This document shows positions 61,189 through 64,000 of a stretch of DNA of 64,000 bases, piece after piece. The DNA is taken from assembly GCA_963833505.1 (NCBI GenBank), contig CAWHYG010000008.1, positions 151,886 through 215,885 on the forward strand. The letters run 5' to 3'. Every line of letters begins with the position of its first letter. Position 1 is the first letter of the stretch. This DNA is from Candidatus Eiseniibacteriota bacterium. GTDB taxonomy: Bacteria; Eisenbacteria; RBG-16-71-46; CAIMUX01. The position numbers and the translations under genes were made by a program. Below the pieces are notes generated by a model. It was not told the origin of the DNA. It ran no database searches and saw nothing but the letters and a program-made list of their open reading frames with translations.

Positions 61189-61549
61189 GTGGCGAGACCT
61201 GGCGATCAGGCGGCGGCCGGCGGCCTGGACGGCCAGGAGGACCTGAACGACCTGGAGGACCTGAACGACCGGACAGCGCGGAGCGGATGGAGCCGGCAGC
61301 CGGACCCCGACGGGTCGGATTGGGACGCCCTCGGGATCCGGAGCTGCCGGAAAACCGACATCGAATAAGATCGACGCGCTGCCCAGGGACCTTGAGTCCG
61401 AAGGGTCATGGAGCCGGCCAGCGCCGCGGTCAAGTGGGCGGCGCCCGGGCTCGCGGTCCAGCCCGCGGGCAGTCGCGGGATACGCTTCGGAGGCTCCTTC
61501 CGGCGCTTCCGGCAAGGGTAGGTTGCCGGCTGGCGCGAACCCATCTAGG

Positions 61550-62456
61550 ATGGCGCCGGAAATGGCATTTCTCGGCGAATCCGCGGCCCTCGGCACGGCC
61601 GCCCTCTGGTCGATCACGTCGCTGCTCTTCACTTTCGCGGTCACGCGGATGGGAAGCCTTGCCCTCAACCTCGTGCGGCTCACCCTGGCCGCCGCCGGCC
61701 TGCTTGCGATCGCCCTGGCCGTCGAGGGATCCGGCTGGCTGACCGGGATGCGCTGGCCCGACGCCGTCTTTCTCGCCGCTTCCGGATTCGTCGGACTGAC
61801 GGTCGGAGACTGGGTCTACTTCAAGGCCCTCCACATGATCGGAGCCCGGCAGGGGACCCTGCTGATGGCCCTCGCTCCGGCGGTCACGGTGGTGCTGGCC
61901 ATGCCGGTGCTGAACGAGAGACCGGGACCGTACGCGATCCTCGGAATGGCTCTGACCATGACCGGTGTTCTCTGGGTGGTGCTGGAACGCCCCAACGTGC
62001 CGGCCCCGGCCGGCCATCGCGTTCGCGGCGCCTTCTTCGGCGGCCTGGGCGCGTGCTGCCAGGCCGGAGGCTTGATTCTCTCCAAGCTGGGCATGCGCGG
62101 AATCGTGGGGCCGCTCCCGGCCTCCGCCGTTCGCATGACTTTCGGGGCCGCCGGGGTCTGGCTCCTGTTCCTGCTGAGCCGACGGCGCCCGGCGCTGGTC
62201 CGTCCCCTGCAGGATTCCCGGCTTCTCGCGGCGGTGATCGCGGCGTCGATCCTCGGGCCGATCGCCGGCATTCTGGCTTTCTCTGGTGGCGGTGCAGAAC
62301 ACGCAGGCCGGCATCGCGGCGACCCTCATGGCGACCGTTCCGGTGCTCGTTCTTCCCCTCGTCGTCTGGGTGCAGAAGGAATCGGTCAGCGGCCGGGCCG
62401 TGGCCGGCGCTCTCGTGGCGGTCTCGGGAGTCGCCGTGCTCTTCGTCCAAAGATGA
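61550..62456 (+). pseudogene. EamA/DMT family transporter interrupted by a single-base frameshift at 62269-62277
   Basis: Track ORF 61523..62509 is hydrophobic and DMT-like up to ...ILGPIAGI, then turns Arg/Gly-rich. The +1 frame continues (W)LSLVAVQNTQAGIAATLMATVPVLVLPLVVWVQKESVSGRAVAGALVAVSGVAVLFVQR and stops at 62454-62456. Confidence 0.8.
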
Positions 62457-62498
62457 CACGAACAGAACGGAACCAGCCCTTCCAGGGTGGAGAAACGC

Positions 62499-63317
62499 AT
62501 GGCGATTGACAGAACCGCGCGCCGCGACGGCGGCGTCAGCAGCGACCGGCACGCCCTCTACCAGAGAGCCGTGCAGTGCCCCGAGGCGGACGTCCGGTTC
62601 TTCGACCGGATCTACCGATCCTGGAACGGGTCGCTCCCGCGGCTCTTGCGGGAGGACTTCTGCGGCACGGCGGCGGTGGCGGCCGCCTGGGTCCGGCAGC
62701 GGCCGGACAACCGCGCTCTGGGAGTGGATCTGGATCGGCCCACGCTGGAGTGGGGCGTCCGGAACAACCTCCATCCTCTCGGGGAAATCGCCGGCCGTGT
62801 GCGGCTGATCCGGGCCGACGTGCGCTCGGTCCGACGGCCGAAAGCGGACATCGTCGTCGCGCTCAATTTCTCCTACTTCGTGTTCAAGACGCTGGCCGAT
62901 CTCCGGAGCTACTTCCGGACGGTTCGTTCCGCTCTTCAACCGGGCGGGATCTTCATCCTCGACATCTTCGGGGGATCGGCGGCCCAGGCGCTCACCACGG
63001 AGACGCGCCGGCGGCCCGGGTTTACCTACATCTGGGAGCAGGCTTCCTTCGACCCGATTTCGGCCGACACCACGTTTCACATCCATTTCCGATTTCGGGA
63101 CGGGACCACGATGCGTCGCGCGTTCACCTACGACTGGCGTTTCTGGACGATTCCGGAGGTCCGGGAGGCGTTGCGCGACGCGGGGTTCGGACGATCGGAG
63201 GTCTATTGGGAGGGAACCGAACGCCGCACCGGGAAGGGAAACGGCATCTTCCGGCGGGCGACCACCGCCGCCAGCGACCCGGGATGGGTCGCCTACATCG
63301 TGGCGGGCCGCGCGTGA
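62499..63317 (+). CDS. Class I SAM-dependent methyltransferase
   Basis: Track ORF 62487..63317 with ATG at 62499. It has LLREDFCGTAAVAAAW, GVDLD, and ADIVVALNFSYFVF...LQPGGIFILD. Confidence 0.85.
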   Translation: MAIDRTARRDGGVSSDRHALYQRAVQCPEADVRFFDRIYRSWNGSLPRLLREDFCGTAAVAAAWVRQRPDNRALGVDLDRPTLEWGVRNNLHPLGEIAGRVRLIRADVRSVRRPKADIVVALNFSYFVFKTLADLRSYFRTVRSALQPGGIFILDIFGGSAAQALTTETRRRPGFTYIWEQASFDPISADTTFHIHFRFRDGTTMRRAFTYDWRFWTIPEVREALRDAGFGRSEVYWEGTERRTGKGNGIFRRATTAASDPGWVAYIVAGRA

Positions 63318-63446
63318 GCGGCGTCCGTCCCGCGCCATACTTATGCCACAGCCGGTTTCGGAGGCTTCTGCTACGATGGATTTCTGGCGAGAGCGGGAAA
63401 TCACGGTGCGTGAGCCGGACCGCCGGCCCGGGATTCTAGGAGGAAA

Positions 63447-64000
63447 ATGGGAATGAAGAGGAGAGGCGTCTGGATCCTGGTGGCTTGCCTGATCGTGGCG
63501 GCGGGCGCGGTCGGATGGTGGGCCTCGACCCGCAACCGGGAGAAGATCACCTACCGGACCCAGGAGGTCCAGCGCGGCGACGTCAAGCTCCAGGTCTCGG
63601 CCACCGGCACGCTGGCTGCGGATACGACGGTGCAGGTCGGCAGCCAGATCAGCGGAACCATCTCCGCCCTCCACGCCGACTTCAATGACCACGTCCGCAA
63701 GGGCCAGTTGCTGGCTCAGCTTGACCCCACGTTCCTCGCCGCCCAGGTGGCCCAGAGCCGGGCCGACATGCTGAACAGCCAGGTCCAGGTGCATCAGGCC
63801 GAGCGCGACAGCGCCCGGATCTTCCCCCTGGGCCCGGAAGGGCTCGCTTCCGCCGCAGACCTGGACAAGGCCAGGACGGCTCTGGATGCCGCGCGCGCCG
63901 AGCTCGCCGGCACCAAGGCGGCCCTGGTGCGCGCCGAGACCAACCTCGAGTACGCGACCATCACCTCTCCCATCGAAGGCGTCGTCGTCTCGCGCAACGT
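63447..64000 (+). CDS. HlyD/MFP-family efflux periplasmic adaptor, 3' end off-window
   Basis: This frame is open to the window edge and is not in the track. AGGAGG is followed by ATG 63447 or ATG 63453. My translation is MGMKRRGVWILVACLIVAAGAVGWW...QRGDVKLQVSATGTLAADTTVQVGSQISGTI...GQLLAQLDP...YATITSPIEGVVVSRNV. Confidence 0.8.
   Translation, partial: MGMKRRGVWILVACLIVAAGAVGWWASTRNREKITYRTQEVQRGDVKLQVSATGTLAADTTVQVGSQISGTISALHADFNDHVRKGQLLAQLDPTFLAAQVAQSRADMLNSQVQVHQAERDSARIFPLGPEGLASAADLDKARTALDAARAELAGTKAALVRAETNLEYATITSPIEGVVVSRN

Overview
This is a visibly high-GC chromosomal segment (GC not computed) from a diderm bacterium, judged from Omp85-like, TolC-like and RND genes and from FlgD/T9SS-type C-terminal domains. 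I support about 50 protein-coding genes. I saw no rRNA, tRNA, CRISPR array, transposase or integrase. Most long antisense ORFs in the track are Arg/Pro/Gly-rich shadow frames and were ignored.

Content from left to right:
- a partial N6-adenine DNA methyltransferase at the left edge
- a large CarboxypepD_reg-repeat surface protein, queF, dodecin and a DEDDh exonuclease
- an outer-membrane barrel with an N-terminal CxxCH motif next to YceI
- thrC and pepF
- a lower-GC islet with a beta-helix protein and a fragment of an ABC-2 permease
- an ABC-2 transporter operon
- a lipoprotein serpin flanked by inverted copies of a 182-bp repeat
- a VOC / Bcp / 2-Cys-peroxiredoxin cluster
- a TolC-MFP-RND efflux operon with an OmpR/HK pair
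- MarR-DoxX and an NTF2-like protein with a Met-rich tail
- a 782-aa secreted protein of unknown function, MOSC, and a DUF3298-like protein
- a swivel-first aconitase-family fusion and an LDH-like/Qor/Mop operon
- CDF, a NarL-type regulator and a hybrid PAS-GAF kinase
- a metal-uptake cluster (DUF2946-like, barrel, ZnuA-like, ZnuB-like)
- prolyl oligopeptidase, SixA, bfr, FNR, a GATase, an EamA transporter, a SAM methyltransferase and a partial HlyD-type adaptor

Main hunt results:
1. Three otherwise intact genes (peroxiredoxin, hybrid kinase, EamA transporter) are each broken by a +1 frameshift. Each break lies exactly on the same 9-mer, CATTCTGGC, and I found no other copy of that 9-mer in the window.
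2. A roughly 168-bp MITE-like repeat family with terminal inverted repeats is present in five intergenic copies. Four of them lie just upstream of gene starts.
3. The serpin gene is bracketed by one copy and about 3.8 tandem copies, in inverted orientation, of a 182-bp unit that carries a perfect CGCTGATCAGCG palindrome.
4. Several other intergenic tandem arrays are present, with periods of 72, 69 and about 38 bp.
5. A 680-bp non-coding leader with a strong intrinsic terminator lies upstream of the efflux operon.

All calls come from reading the sequence and the ORF track only; no database search was run. Repeat boundaries are good to a few bp, and identities are by eye.
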